Source: Bugula neritina
Taxonomy: Eukaryota; Animalia; Bryozoa
Direction of reading: 5' to 3'
Length of the DNA stretch: 64,000 nucleotides
Assembly: GCA_964035545.1 (NCBI GenBank)
Contig: CAXIUT010000183.1
Span: forward strand, 744,001-808,000
Positions 48,901 through 63,386 of this stretch are shown one piece after another. The notes below the pieces were generated by a model, which was not told where the DNA came from, did no database searches, and was given only the letters and a program-made list of their open reading frames with translations. Position numbers and translations under genes: made by a program. Position 1 is the stretch's first letter. Each line of letters opens with the position of its first letter.

Positions 48901-51900
48901 CTGCAATACATTGAAAAATAATGCAATATACTGAAATATACTGTAACACACTGAAATATACTGCAACATACTGAAATACACTGTAACATACTGAAATATA
49001 CTGCAACGTACTGAAATACACTGCTACATACTGAAATATACTGTAGCATACTGCAACATACTGAAATACACTGTAACATACTGAGATACACTGCCGCATA
49101 CTGCAACATATTGAAATACACTGCAACACATTGAAATATACTGCAACATAACAAAATATATGGTAAACTACTGAAATAGACTTTAACACATTGAAAAATA
49201 CTGCAACATACTGTAATATACTGTAACACACTGAAGTATACTGCAACATACTGAAATACACTGTAACATACTGAAATATACTGCAACATACTGAAATACA
49301 CTGCTACATACTGAAATATACTGCAACGTACTGCAACATACTCCAACATACTGAAATACACTGTAACATACTGAAATTCACTGCAACATACTACCACATA
49401 TTGAAATACACTGCAACACATTGAAATGTACTTCAACATACCGAAATATAAGGTAAACTACTAAAATATGCTGTAACATATTGAAAAATACTGCAACATA
49501 CTGAAATATACTGCGACACCTAGCAATATACTGTAACATACTGAAATATGCTCTAGCACACTGAAATACAATGCAACTTACTGAATAATACTGCAACATA
49601 CTGAAATACACTGCAACATCCTACAATATGCTGAAATACACTGTAACATATTGAAAGACACTGCAACACTTTGAAATATACTGCAACATACCGAAATATA
49701 TGGTAAACTACTGCAACATACTACAACATATTGAAATACACTGCAACACATTGAAGTATACTGCAACATACCTAAATATACGGTAATATACTGAAATATA
49801 CTGTAACACATTGAAAAATCCTGCAACATACTGAAATATACTGTAACACACTGAAGTATACTGCAACATACTGAAATACACTGCAACGCACTGAAATACA
49901 CCGCAAAATACTACAACATGCTGAAATACACTGTAACATATTGAAATCCACTGCAACACATTGAAATATACTGCAACATACCGAAATATATGGTAAACTA
50001 ATGAAATATACTGTAACACATTGAAAAATACCGCAACATACTGAAATATACTGCGACACATTGCAATATACTGTAACATATTGAAATATGCTGTAGCACA
50101 CTGAAATACACTGCAACATCCTACAACATACTGAAATACACTGTAACATATTGAAATACACTGCAAGAAATTGAAATAGACTGCAACATAACAAAATAAA
50201 TGATAAACTACTGAAATAGACTTTAACACATTGAAAAATACTGCAACATACAGAAATATACTGTAACACACTGAAATATACTGCAACATACTGAAATACA
50301 CTGTAACATTCTGAAAAATACTGCAACATACTGAAATACACTGCTACATACTGAAATATACTGCAACATACTGCAAAATACTGCAACATACTGAAATACA
50401 CTGTAACATATTGAAGTACACTGCAACACATTGAAATATACTGCAACATACCAAAATATATGGTAAACAACTGAAATATACTTCAACACATTGAAAAATA
50501 CTGCAACATACTGAAATATACTGCGACACTTTGCAATATACTGTAACATACCGAAATATGCTCTAGCACACTGAAATACACTGCAACTCACTGAAATATA
50601 CTGCAACATACTGAAATACACTGTGACATCCTGAAATATACTGCAAAATTCTGAAATACACTGCTACATACTGAAATATACTGCAACATACTGCAACATA
50701 CTGAAATACACTGCAACATACTACAACATACTGAAATACGCTGCAACACATTGAAATATACTGCAACATACCTAAATATACGGTAATATACCGAAATATA
50801 CTGTAACACATTGCAAAATACTGCAACATACTGAAATACACTGCGACACACTGAAATACGCTGCAAAATACAACAACATACTGAAATAAACTGTAACATA
50901 TTGAAACACCCTGCAATACATTGAAAAATAATGCAATATACTGAAATATACTGTAACACACTGAAATATACTGCAACATCCTACAATATGCTGAAATACA
51001 CTGTAACATATTGAAATACACTGCAACACTTTGAAATATACTGCAACATACCGAAATAAATGGTAAACTACTGCAACATACTACAACATATTGAAATACA
51101 CTGCAACACATTGAAGTATACTGCAACATACCTAAATATACGGTAATATACTGAAATATACTGTAACACATTGAAAAATCCTGCAACATACTGAAATATA
51201 CTGTAACATATTGAAATACACTGCAACACACTGAAATATACTGCAACATACTGAAATACACTGTAACATACTGAAATATACTGCAACATACTGAAATACA
51301 CTGCTACATACTGCAACATACTGCAACATACTGCAACATACTGAAATACACTGTAACATACTGAAATAAACTGCAACATACTACAACATATTGAAATACA
51401 CTGCAACACATTGAAATATACTGCTACATACCTAAATATACGGTAATATACTGAAATATACTGTAACACATTGAAAAATCCTGCAACATACTGAAATATA
51501 CTGTAACACACCGAAATATACTGCAACATACTGAAATACACTGTAACATACTGAAATATACTGCAACATACTGAAATACACTGCTACATACTGAAATATG
51601 CTGCAACATACTGCAACATACTGAAATACACTGTAACTTACTGAAATAAACTGCAACACACTACAACATATTGAAATACACTGCAACACATTGAAATATA
51701 CTGCAACATACCTAAATATACGGTAATATACTGAAATTCACTGTAACGCATTGCAAAATACTGCAACATACTGAAATTCACTGCGACACACTGAAATACG
51801 CTGCAAAATACTACAACATACTGAAATAAACTGTAACATATTGAAATACACTGCAACGCATTGAAAAATACTGCAACATACTGAAATATACTGTAACACA

Positions 51901-53140
51901 CTGAAATATACTGCAACATACTGAAATACACTGTAACATACTGAAATATACTGCAACATACTGAAATACACTGCTACATACTGAAATATACTGCAACATA
52001 CTGCAACATACTGCAATACACTGTAACATACTGAAATACACTGCAACATACTACAACATATTGAAACACACTGCAACACATTGAAATACACTGCAACTTA
52101 CCGAATATATGGTAAACTACTGAAATATACTGTAACGCATTGAAAAATACTGCAACATACTGAAATATATTGCGACACATTGCAATATACTGTAACATAC
52201 CGAAAAATGCTGTAGCACACTGAAATATACTGCAATTCACTGAAATATACTGCAACATACTGAAATACACCGCAACATCCTACAACATACTGAAATACTT
52301 TGTAACATATTGAAATACACTGCAACACATTGAAATATACTGCAACATAACGAAATATATGGTAAACTACTGAAATATATTTTAACACATTGAAAAATAC
52401 TGCAACATACTGAAATATATTTTAACACATTGAAAAATACTGCAACATACTGAAATATACTGTAACACACTGAAGTACACTGCAACTGACTGAAATATAC
52501 TGCAATATACAGAAATACACTGCAACATCCTACAAAATGCTGAAATACACTGTAACATATTGAAATACACTGCAACACATTGAAACATACTGCAACATAC
52601 CGAAATATATAGTAAACTACTGAAATAAACTGTAACACATTGAAAAATACTGCAACATACTGAAATATACTGCAACATACCTAAATATACGGTAATATAC
52701 TGAAATATACTATAACACACCGAAATATACTGCAACATACTGAAATACACTGTAACATACTGAAATATACTGCAACATACTTAAATACACTGCTACATAC
52801 TGCAACATACTGCAACATACTGAAATACACTGTAACATACTGAAATAAACTGCAACATACTACAACATATTGAAATACACTGCAACACATTGAAATATAC
52901 TGCTACATACCTAAATATACGGTAATATACTGAAATATACTGTAACACATTGAAAAAACTGCAACATACTGAAATACACTGCAACGCACTGAAATACACC
53001 GCAAAATACTACAACATGCTGAAATACACTGTAACATATTGAAATCCACTGCAACACATTGAAATATACTGCAACATACCGAAATATATGGTAAACTAAT
53101 GAAATATACTGTAACACATTGAAAAATACCGCAACATACT
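33960..53140. repeat. Two tandem copies of a ~9.4-9.7-kb super-unit, each containing two ~3.1-3.4-kb sub-units
   Basis: ORF offsets of 9497 (34249/43746), 9397 (35787/45184), 9537 (37247/46784), 9706 (38847/48553, 42676/52382) and 9696 (43207/52903). Confidence 0.8.
35655..41917. repeat. Tandem duplication, period 3060 bp switching to 3270 bp (210-bp monomer indel)
   Basis: ORF offsets of 3060 (35787/38847, 36612/39672), then 3270 (37247/40517, 38092/41362). Confidence 0.88.
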
Positions 53141-53606
53141 GAAATATACTGCGACACATTGCAATATACTGTAACATATTGAAATATGCTGTAGCACACT
53201 GAAATACACTGCAACATCCTACAACATACTGAAATACACTGTAACATATTGAAATACACTGCAAGAAATTGAAATAGACTGCAACATAACACAATATATG
53301 GTAAACTACTGAAATAGACTTTAACACATTGAAAAATACTGCAACATACAGAAATATACTGTAACACACTGAAATATGCTGCAACATACTGAAATACACT
53401 GTAACATTCTGAAAAATACTGCAACATACTGAAATACACTGCTACATACTGAAATATACTGCAACATACTGCAAAATACTGCAACATACTGAAATACACT
53501 GTAACATATTGAAGTACACTGCAACACATTGAAATATACTGCAACATACCAAAATATATGGTAAACAACTGAAATATACTTTAACACATTGAAAAATACT
53601 GCAACA

Positions 53607-55184
53607 TACTGAAATATACTGCAACATACTGAAATACACTGCAACATACTGAAATACACTGCTACATACTGAAATATACTGCAACGTACTGCAACATACT
53701 CCAACATACTGAAATACACTGTAACATACTGAAATTCACTGCAACATACCACCACATATTGAAATACACTGCAACACATTGAAATGTACTTCAACATACC
53801 GAAATATAAGGTAAACTACTAAAATATGCTGTAACATAATGAAAAATACTGCAACATACTGAAATATACTGCGACACCTAGCAATATACTGTAACATACT
53901 GAAATATGCTCTAGCACACTGAAATACAATGCAACTTACTGAAATATACTGCAACATATTGAAATACACTGCAACACTTTGAAATATACTGCAACATACC
54001 GAAATATATGGTAAACTACTGCAACATACTACAACATATTGAAATACACTGCAACACATTGAAGTATACTGCAACATACCTAAATATACGGTAATATACT
54101 GAAATATACTGTAACACATTGAAAAATCCTGCAACATACTGAAATATACTGTAACATATTGAAATACACTGCAACACACTGAAATATACTGCAACATACT
54201 GAAATACACTGTAACATACTGAAACATACTGCAACATACTGAAATACACTGCTACATACTGCAACATACTGCAACATACTGCAACATACTGAAATACACT
54301 GTAACATACTGAAATAAACTGCAACATACTACAACATATTGAAATACACTGCAACACATTGAAATATACTGCTACATACCTAAATATACGGTAATTACTG
54401 AAATATACTGCAACATACTGAAATACACTGCAACATACTGAAATACACTGCTACATACTGAAATATACTGCAACGTACTGCAACATACTCCAACATACTG
54501 AAATACACTGTAACATACTGAAATTCACTGCAACATACCACCACATATTGAAATACACTGCAACACATTGAAATGTACTTCAACATACCGAAATATAAGG
54601 TAAACTACTAAAATATGCTGTAACATATTGAAAAATACTGCAACATACTGAAATATACTGCGACACCTAGCAATATACTGTAACATACTGAAATATGCTC
54701 TAGCACACTGAAATACAATGCAACTTACTGAAATATACTGCAACATATTGAAATACACTGCAACACTTTGAAATATACTGCAACATACCGAAATATATGG
54801 TAAACTACTGCAACATACTACAACATATTGAAATACACTGCAACACATTGAAGTATACTGCAACATACCTAAATATACGGTAATATACTGAAATATACTG
54901 TAACACATTGAAAAATCCTGCAACATACTGAAATATACTGTAACATATTGAAATACACTGCAACACACTGAAATATACTGCAACATACTGAAATACACTG
55001 TAACATACTGAAATATACTGCAACATACTGAAATACACTGCTACATACTGCAACATACTGCAACATACTGCAACATACTGAAATACACTGTAACATACTG
55101 AAATAAACTGCAACATACTACAACATATTGAAATACACTGCAACACATTGAAATATACTGCTACATACCTAAATATACGGTAAT
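53607..55184. repeat. Tandem duplication, period 789 bp, with a junction 1 nt out of register
   Basis: ORF offsets 53736/54525, 54016/54805, 54080/54869. The junction reads CGGTAAT|TACTG at 54395/54396. Confidence 0.88.
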
Positions 55185-58100
55185 ATACTGAAATATACTG
55201 TAACACATTGAAAAATCCTGCAACATACTGAAATATACTGTAACACACCGAAATATACTGCAACATACTGAAATACACTGTAACATACTGAAATATACTG
55301 CAACATACTGAAATACACTGCTACATACTGAAATATGCTGCAACATACTGCAACATACTGAAATACACTGTAACATACTGAAATAAACTGCAACACACTA
55401 CAACATATTGAAATACACTGCAACACATTGAAATATACTGCAACACACCTAAATATACGGTAATATACTGAAATTCACTGTAACGCATTGAAAAATACCG
55501 CAACATACTGAAATATACTGCGACACATTGCAATATACTGTAACATATTGAAATATGCTGTAGCACACTGAAATACACTGCAACATCCTACAACATACTG
55601 AAATACACTGTAACATATTGAAATACACTGCAAGAAATTGAAATAGACTGCAACATAACAAAATATATGGTAAACTACTGAAATAGACTTTAACACATTG
55701 AAAAATACTGCAACATACAGAAATATACTGTAACACACTGAAATATACTGCAACATACTGAAATACACTGTAACATTCTGAAATATACTGCAACATACTG
55801 AAATACACTGCTACATACTGAAATATACTGCAACATACTGCAAAATACTGCAACATACTGAAATACACTGTAACATATTGAATTACACTGCAACACATTG
55901 AAATATACTGCAAGATACCAAAATATATGGTAAACAACTGAAATATACTTTAACACATTGAAAAATACTGCAACATACTGAAATATATTTTAACACATTG
56001 AAAAATACTGCAACATACTGAAATATACTGTAACACACTGAAGTACACTGCAACTGACTGAAATATACTGCAATATACAGAAATACACTGCAACATCCTA
56101 CAAAATGCTGAAATACACTGTAACATATTGAAATACACTGCAACACATTAAAACATACTGCAACATACCGAAATATATAGTAAACTACTGAAATAAACTG
56201 TAACACATTGAAAAATACTGCAACATACTGAAATATACTGCAACATACCTAAATATACGGTAATATACTGAAATATACTATAACACACCGAAATATACTG
56301 CAACATACTGAAATACACTGTAACATACTGAAATATACTGCAACATACTTAAATACACTGCTACATACTGCAACATACTGCAACATACTGAAATACACTG
56401 TAACATACTGAAATAAACTGCAACATACTACAACATATTGAAATACACTGCAACACATTGAAATATACTGCTACATACCTAAAAATACCGCAACATACTG
56501 AAATATACTGCGACACATTGCAATATACTGTAACATATTGAAATATGCTGTAGCACACTGAAATACACTGCAACATCCTACAACATACTGAAATACACTG
56601 TAACATATTGAAATACACTGCAAGAAATTGAAATAGACTGCAACATAACACAATATATGGTAAACTACTGAAATAGACTTTAACACATTGAAAAATACTG
56701 CAACATACAGAAATATACTGTAACACACTGAAATATGCTGCAACATACTGAAATACACTGTAACATTCTGAAAAATACTGCAACATACTGAAATACACTG
56801 CTACATACTGAAATATACTGCAACATACTGCAAAATACTGCAACATACTGGAATACACTGTAACATATTGAAGTACACTGCAACACATTGAAATATACTG
56901 CAACATACCAAAATATATGGTAAACAACTGAAATATACTTTAACACATTGAAAAATACTGCAACATACTGAAATATACTGCGACACTTTGCAATATACTG
57001 TAACATACCGAAATATGCTCTAGCACACTGAAATACACTGCAACTCACTGAAATATACTGCAACATACTGAAATAGACTTTAACATATTGAAAAATACTG
57101 CAACATACTGAAATATACTGCGACACCTAGCAATATACTGTAACATACTGAAATATGCTCTAGCACACTGAAATACAATGCAACTTACTGAAATATACTG
57201 CAACATACTGAAGTACACTGCAACATCCTACAATATGCTGAAATACACTGTAACATATTGAAATACACTGCAACACTTTGAAATATACTCCAACATACCG
57301 AAATATGCTCCAGCACACTGAAATACACTGCAACTCACTGAAATATACTGCAACATACTGAAATACACTGTGACATCCTGAAATATACTGCAACATTCAG
57401 AAATACACTGCTACATACTGAAATATACTGCAACATACTGCAACATACTGAAATACACTGCAACATACTACAACATACTGAAATACGCTGCAACACATTG
57501 AAATATACTGCAACATACCTAAATATACGGTAATATACCGAAATATACTGTAACGCATTGCAAAATACTGCAACATACTGAAATACACTGCAACATCCTA
57601 CAATATGCTGAAATACACTGTAACATATTGAAATACACTGCAACACTTTGAAATATACTGCAACATACCGAAATATATGGTAAACTACTGCAACATACTA
57701 CAACATATTGAAATACACTGCAACACATTGAAGTATACTGCAACATACCTAAATATACGGTAATATACTGAAATATACTGTAACACATTGAAAAATCCTG
57801 CAACATACTGAAATATACTGTAACACACCGAAATATACTGCAACATACTGAAATACACTGTAACATACTGAAATATACTGCAACATACTGAAATACACTG
57901 CTACATACTGAAATATGCTGCAACATACTGCAACATACTGAAATACACTGTAACATACTGAAATAAACTGCAACATACTACAACATATTGAAATACACTG
58001 CAACACATTGAAATATACTGCAACATACCTAAATGTACGGTAATATACTGAAATTCACTGTAACGCATTGCAAAATACTGCAACATACTGAAATTCACTG

Positions 58101-61100
58101 CGACACACTGAAATACGCTGCAAAATACTACAACATACTGAAATAAACTGTAACATATTGAAATACACTGCAACACATTGAAAAGTACTGTAACATACTG
58201 AAATATACTGTAACACACTGAAATATACTGCAACATACTGAAATACACTGTAACATACTGAAATATACTGCAACATACTGAAATATACTGCTACATACTG
58301 AAATATACTGCAACATACTGCAACATACTGCAATACACTGTAACATACTGAAATACACTGCAACATACTACAACATATTGAAACACACTGCAACACATTG
58401 AAATACACTGCAACTTACCGAATATATGGTAAACTACTGAAATATACTGTAACGCATTGAAAAATACTGCAACATACTGAAATATATTGTGACACATTGC
58501 AATATACTGTAACATACTGAAAAATGCTGTAGCACACTGAAATATACTGCAATTCACTGAAATATACTGCAACATACTGAAATACACCGCAACATCCTAC
58601 AACATACTGAAATACTTTGTAACATATTGAAATACACTGCAACACATTGAAATATACTGCAACATAACGAAATATATGGTAAACTACTGAAATATATTTT
58701 AACACATTGAAAAATACTGCAACATACTGAAATATATTTTAACACATTGAAAAATACTGCAACATACTGAAATATACTGTAACACACTGAAGTACACTGC
58801 AACTCACTGAAATATACTGCAATATACAGAAATACACTGCAACATCCTACAAAATGCTGAAATACACTGTAACATATTGAAATACACTGCAACACATTGA
58901 AAGATACTGCAACATACCGAAATATATAGTAAACTACTGAAATATACTGTAACACATTGAAAAATACTGCAACATACTGAAATATACTGCAACATACCTA
59001 AATATACGGTAATATACTGAAATATACTGTAACACACCGAAATATACTGCAACATACTGAAATACACTGTAACATACTGAAATATACTGCAACATACTGA
59101 AATACACTGCTACATACTGCAACATACTGCAACATACTGAAATACACTGTAACATACTGAAATAAACTGCAACATACTACAACATATTGAAATACACTGC
59201 AACACATTGAAATATACTGCTACATACCTAAATATACAGTAATATACTGAAATATACTGTAACACATTGAAAAAACTGCAACATACTGAAATACACTGCA
59301 ACGCACTGAAATGCACCGCAAAATACTACAACATGCTGAAATGCACTGTAACATATTGAAATCCACTGCAACACATTGAAATATACTGCAACATACTGAA
59401 ATATATTGCGACACATTGCAATATACTGTAATATACTGAAAAATGCTGTAGCACACTGAAATATACTGCAATTCGCTGAAATATACTGCAACATACTGAA
59501 ATACACCGCAACATCCTACAACATACTAAAATACACTGTAACATTTCGAAATACACTGCAACACATTGAATTATACTGAAACATAACGAAATATATGGTA
59601 AACTACTGAAATATATTTTAACAAATTGAAAAATACTGCAACATACTGAAATATACTGTAACACACTGAAGTATACTGCAACATACTGAAATACACTGTA
59701 ACATACTGAAATATACTGCAACATACTGAAATACACTGCTACATACTGAAATATACTGCAACGTACTGCAACATACTGCAACATACTGAAATACACTGTA
59801 ACATACTGAAATACACTGCAACATACTACCACATATTGAAATACACTGCAACACATTGAAATGTACTGCAACATACCGAAATATATGGTAAACTACTAAA
59901 ATATACTGTAACACATTGAAATATACTGCAACATACCTAAATATACGGTAATATACTGAAATATACTGTAACACGTGGAAAAAACTGCAACATACTGAAA
60001 TACGCTGCAACACACTGAAATACACCGCAAAATACCACAACATACTGAAATACACTGTGACATATAGAAATACACTGCAACACATTGAAATATACTGCAA
60101 CATACCGAAATATATGGTAAACTAATGAAATATACTGTAACACATTGAAAAATACCGCAACATACTGAAAAATACTGTAACATATTGAAATATGCTGTAG
60201 CACACTGAAATACACTGCAACATCCTACAACATACTGAAATACACTGTAACATATTGAAATACACTGCAAGAAATTGAAATAGACTGCAACATAACAAAA
60301 TATATGGTAAACTACTGGAATAGACTTTAACACATTGAAAAATACTGCAACATACAGAAATATACTGTAACACACTGAAATATACTGCAACATACTGAAA
60401 TACACTGTAACATTCTGAAATATAATGCAACATACTGAAATACACTGCTACATACTGAAATATACTGCAACATACTGCAAAATACTGCAACATACTGAAA
60501 TACACTGTAACATATTGAAGTACACTGCAACACATTGAAATATACTGCAACATACCAAAATATATGGTAAACATATGGAATATACTTTAACACATTGAAA
60601 AATACTGCAACATACTGAAATATACTGCGACACTTTGCAATATACTGTAACATACCGAAATATGCTCTAGCACACTGAAATACACTGCAACTCACTGAAA
60701 TATACTGCAACATACTGAAATACACTGTGACATCCTGAAATATACTGCAACATTCTGAAATACACTGCTACATACTGAAATATACTGCAACATACTGCAA
60801 CATACTGAAATACACTGCAACATACTACAACATACTGAAATACGCTGCAACACATTGAAATATACTGCAACATACCTAAATATACGGTAATATACCGAAA
60901 TATACTGTAACGCATTGCAAAATACTGCAACATACTGAAATACACTGCGACACACTGAAATACGCTGCAAAATACTACAACATACTGAAATAAACTGTAA
61001 CATATTGAAATACACTGCAATACATTGAAAAATAATGCAATATACTGAAATATACTGTAACACACTGAAATATACTGCAACATACTGAAATACACTGTAG

Positions 61101-62141
61101 CATACTGAAATATACTGCAACGTACTGAAATACACTGCTACATACTGAAATATACTGTAACATACTGCAACATACTGAAATACACTGTAACATACTGAGA
61201 TACACTGCCGCATACTGCAACATATTGAACTACACTGCAACACATTGAAATATATTGCAACTTATCGAATATATGGAAAACTACTGAAATATACTGTAAC
61301 GCATTGAAAAGACTGCAACATACTGAAATATATTGCGACACATTGCAATACACTGTAATATACTGAAAAATGCTGTAGCACACTGAAATATACTGCAATT
61401 CGCTGAAATATACTGCAACATACTGAAATACACCGCAACATCCTACAACATACTAAAATACACTGTAACATTTCGAAATACACTGCAACACATTGAATTA
61501 TACTGAAACATAACGAAATATATGGTAAACTACTGAAATATATTTTAACAAATTGAAAAATACTGCAACATACTGAAATATACTGTAACACACTGAAATA
61601 TACTGCAACATACTGAAATACACTGTAACATACTGAAATATACTGCAACATACTGAAATACACTGCTACATACTGAAATATACTGCAACGTACTGCAACA
61701 TACTGCAACATACTGAAATACACTGTAACATACTGAAATACACTGCAACATACTACAACATATTGAAATACACTGCAACACATTGAAGTATACTGCAACA
61801 TACCTAAATATACGGTAATATACTGAAATATACTGTAACACATTGAAAAATCCTGCAACATACTGAAATATACTGTAACACACTGAAGTATACTGCAACA
61901 TACTGAAATACACTGCAACGCACTGAAATACACCGCAAAATACTACAACATGCTGAAATACACTGTAACATATTGAAATCCACTGCAACACATTGAAATA
62001 TACTGCAACATACCGAAATATATGGTAAACTAATGAAATATACTGTAACACATTGAAAAATACCGCAACATACTGAAATATACTGCGACACATTGCAATA
62101 TACTGTAACATATTGAAATATGCTGTAGCACACTGAAATAC

Positions 62142-63131
62142 ACTGCAACATCCTACAACATACTGAAATACACTGTAACATATTGAAATACACTGCAAGA
62201 AATTGAAATAGACTGCAACATAACAAAATATATGGTAAACTACTGAAATAGACTTTAACACATTGAAAAATACTGCAACATACAGAAATATACTGTAACA
62301 CACTGAAATATACTGCAACATACTGAAATACACTGTAACATTCTGAAAAATACTGCAACATACTGAAATACACTGCTACATACTGAAATACACTGCAACA
62401 TACTGCAAAATACTGCAACATACTGAAATACACTGTAACATATTGAAGTACACTGCAACACATTGAAATATACTGCAACATACCAAAATATATGGTAAAC
62501 AACTGAAATATACTTCAACACATTGAAAAATACTGCAACATACTGAAATATACTGCGACACTTTGCAATATACTGTAACATACCGAAATATGCTCTAGCA
62601 CACTGAAATACACTGCAACTCACTGAAATATACTGCAACATCCTACAACATACTGAAATACACTGTAACATATTGAAATACACTGCAAGAAATTGAAATA
62701 GACTGCAACATAACAAAATATATGGTAAACTACTGAAATAGACTTTAACACATTGAAAAATACTGCAACATACAGAAATATACTGTAACACACTGAAATA
62801 TACTGCAACATACTGAAATACACTGTAACATTCTGAAAAATACTGCAACATACTGAAATACACTGCTACATACTGAAATATACTGCAACATACTGCAAAA
62901 TACTGCAACATACTGAAATACACTGTAACATATTGAAGTACACTGCAACACATTGAAATATACTGCAACATACCAAAATATATGGTAAACAACTGAAATA
63001 TACTTCAACACATTGAAAAATACTGCAACATACTGAAATATACTGCGACACTTTGCAATATACTGTAACATACCGAAATATGCTCTAGCACACTGAAATA
63101 CACTGCAACTCACTGAAATATACTGCAACAT
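62142..63131. repeat. Tandem duplication, period 490 bp
   Basis: ORF offsets 62255/62745 and 62376/62866. The marker GCAAGAAATTGAAATAGAC is at ~62195 and ~62685. Confidence 0.88.
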
Positions 63132-63386
63132 ACTGAAATACACTGTGACATCCTGAAATATACTGCAAAATTCTGAAATACACTGCTACATACTGAAATA
63201 TACTGCAACATACTGCAACATACTGAAATACACTGCAACATACTACAACATACTGAAATACGCTGCAACACATTGAAATATACTGCAACATACCTAAATA
63301 TACGGTAATATACCGAAATATACTGTAACACATTGAAAAATACTGCAACATACTGAAATATATTTTAACACATTGAAAAATACTGC

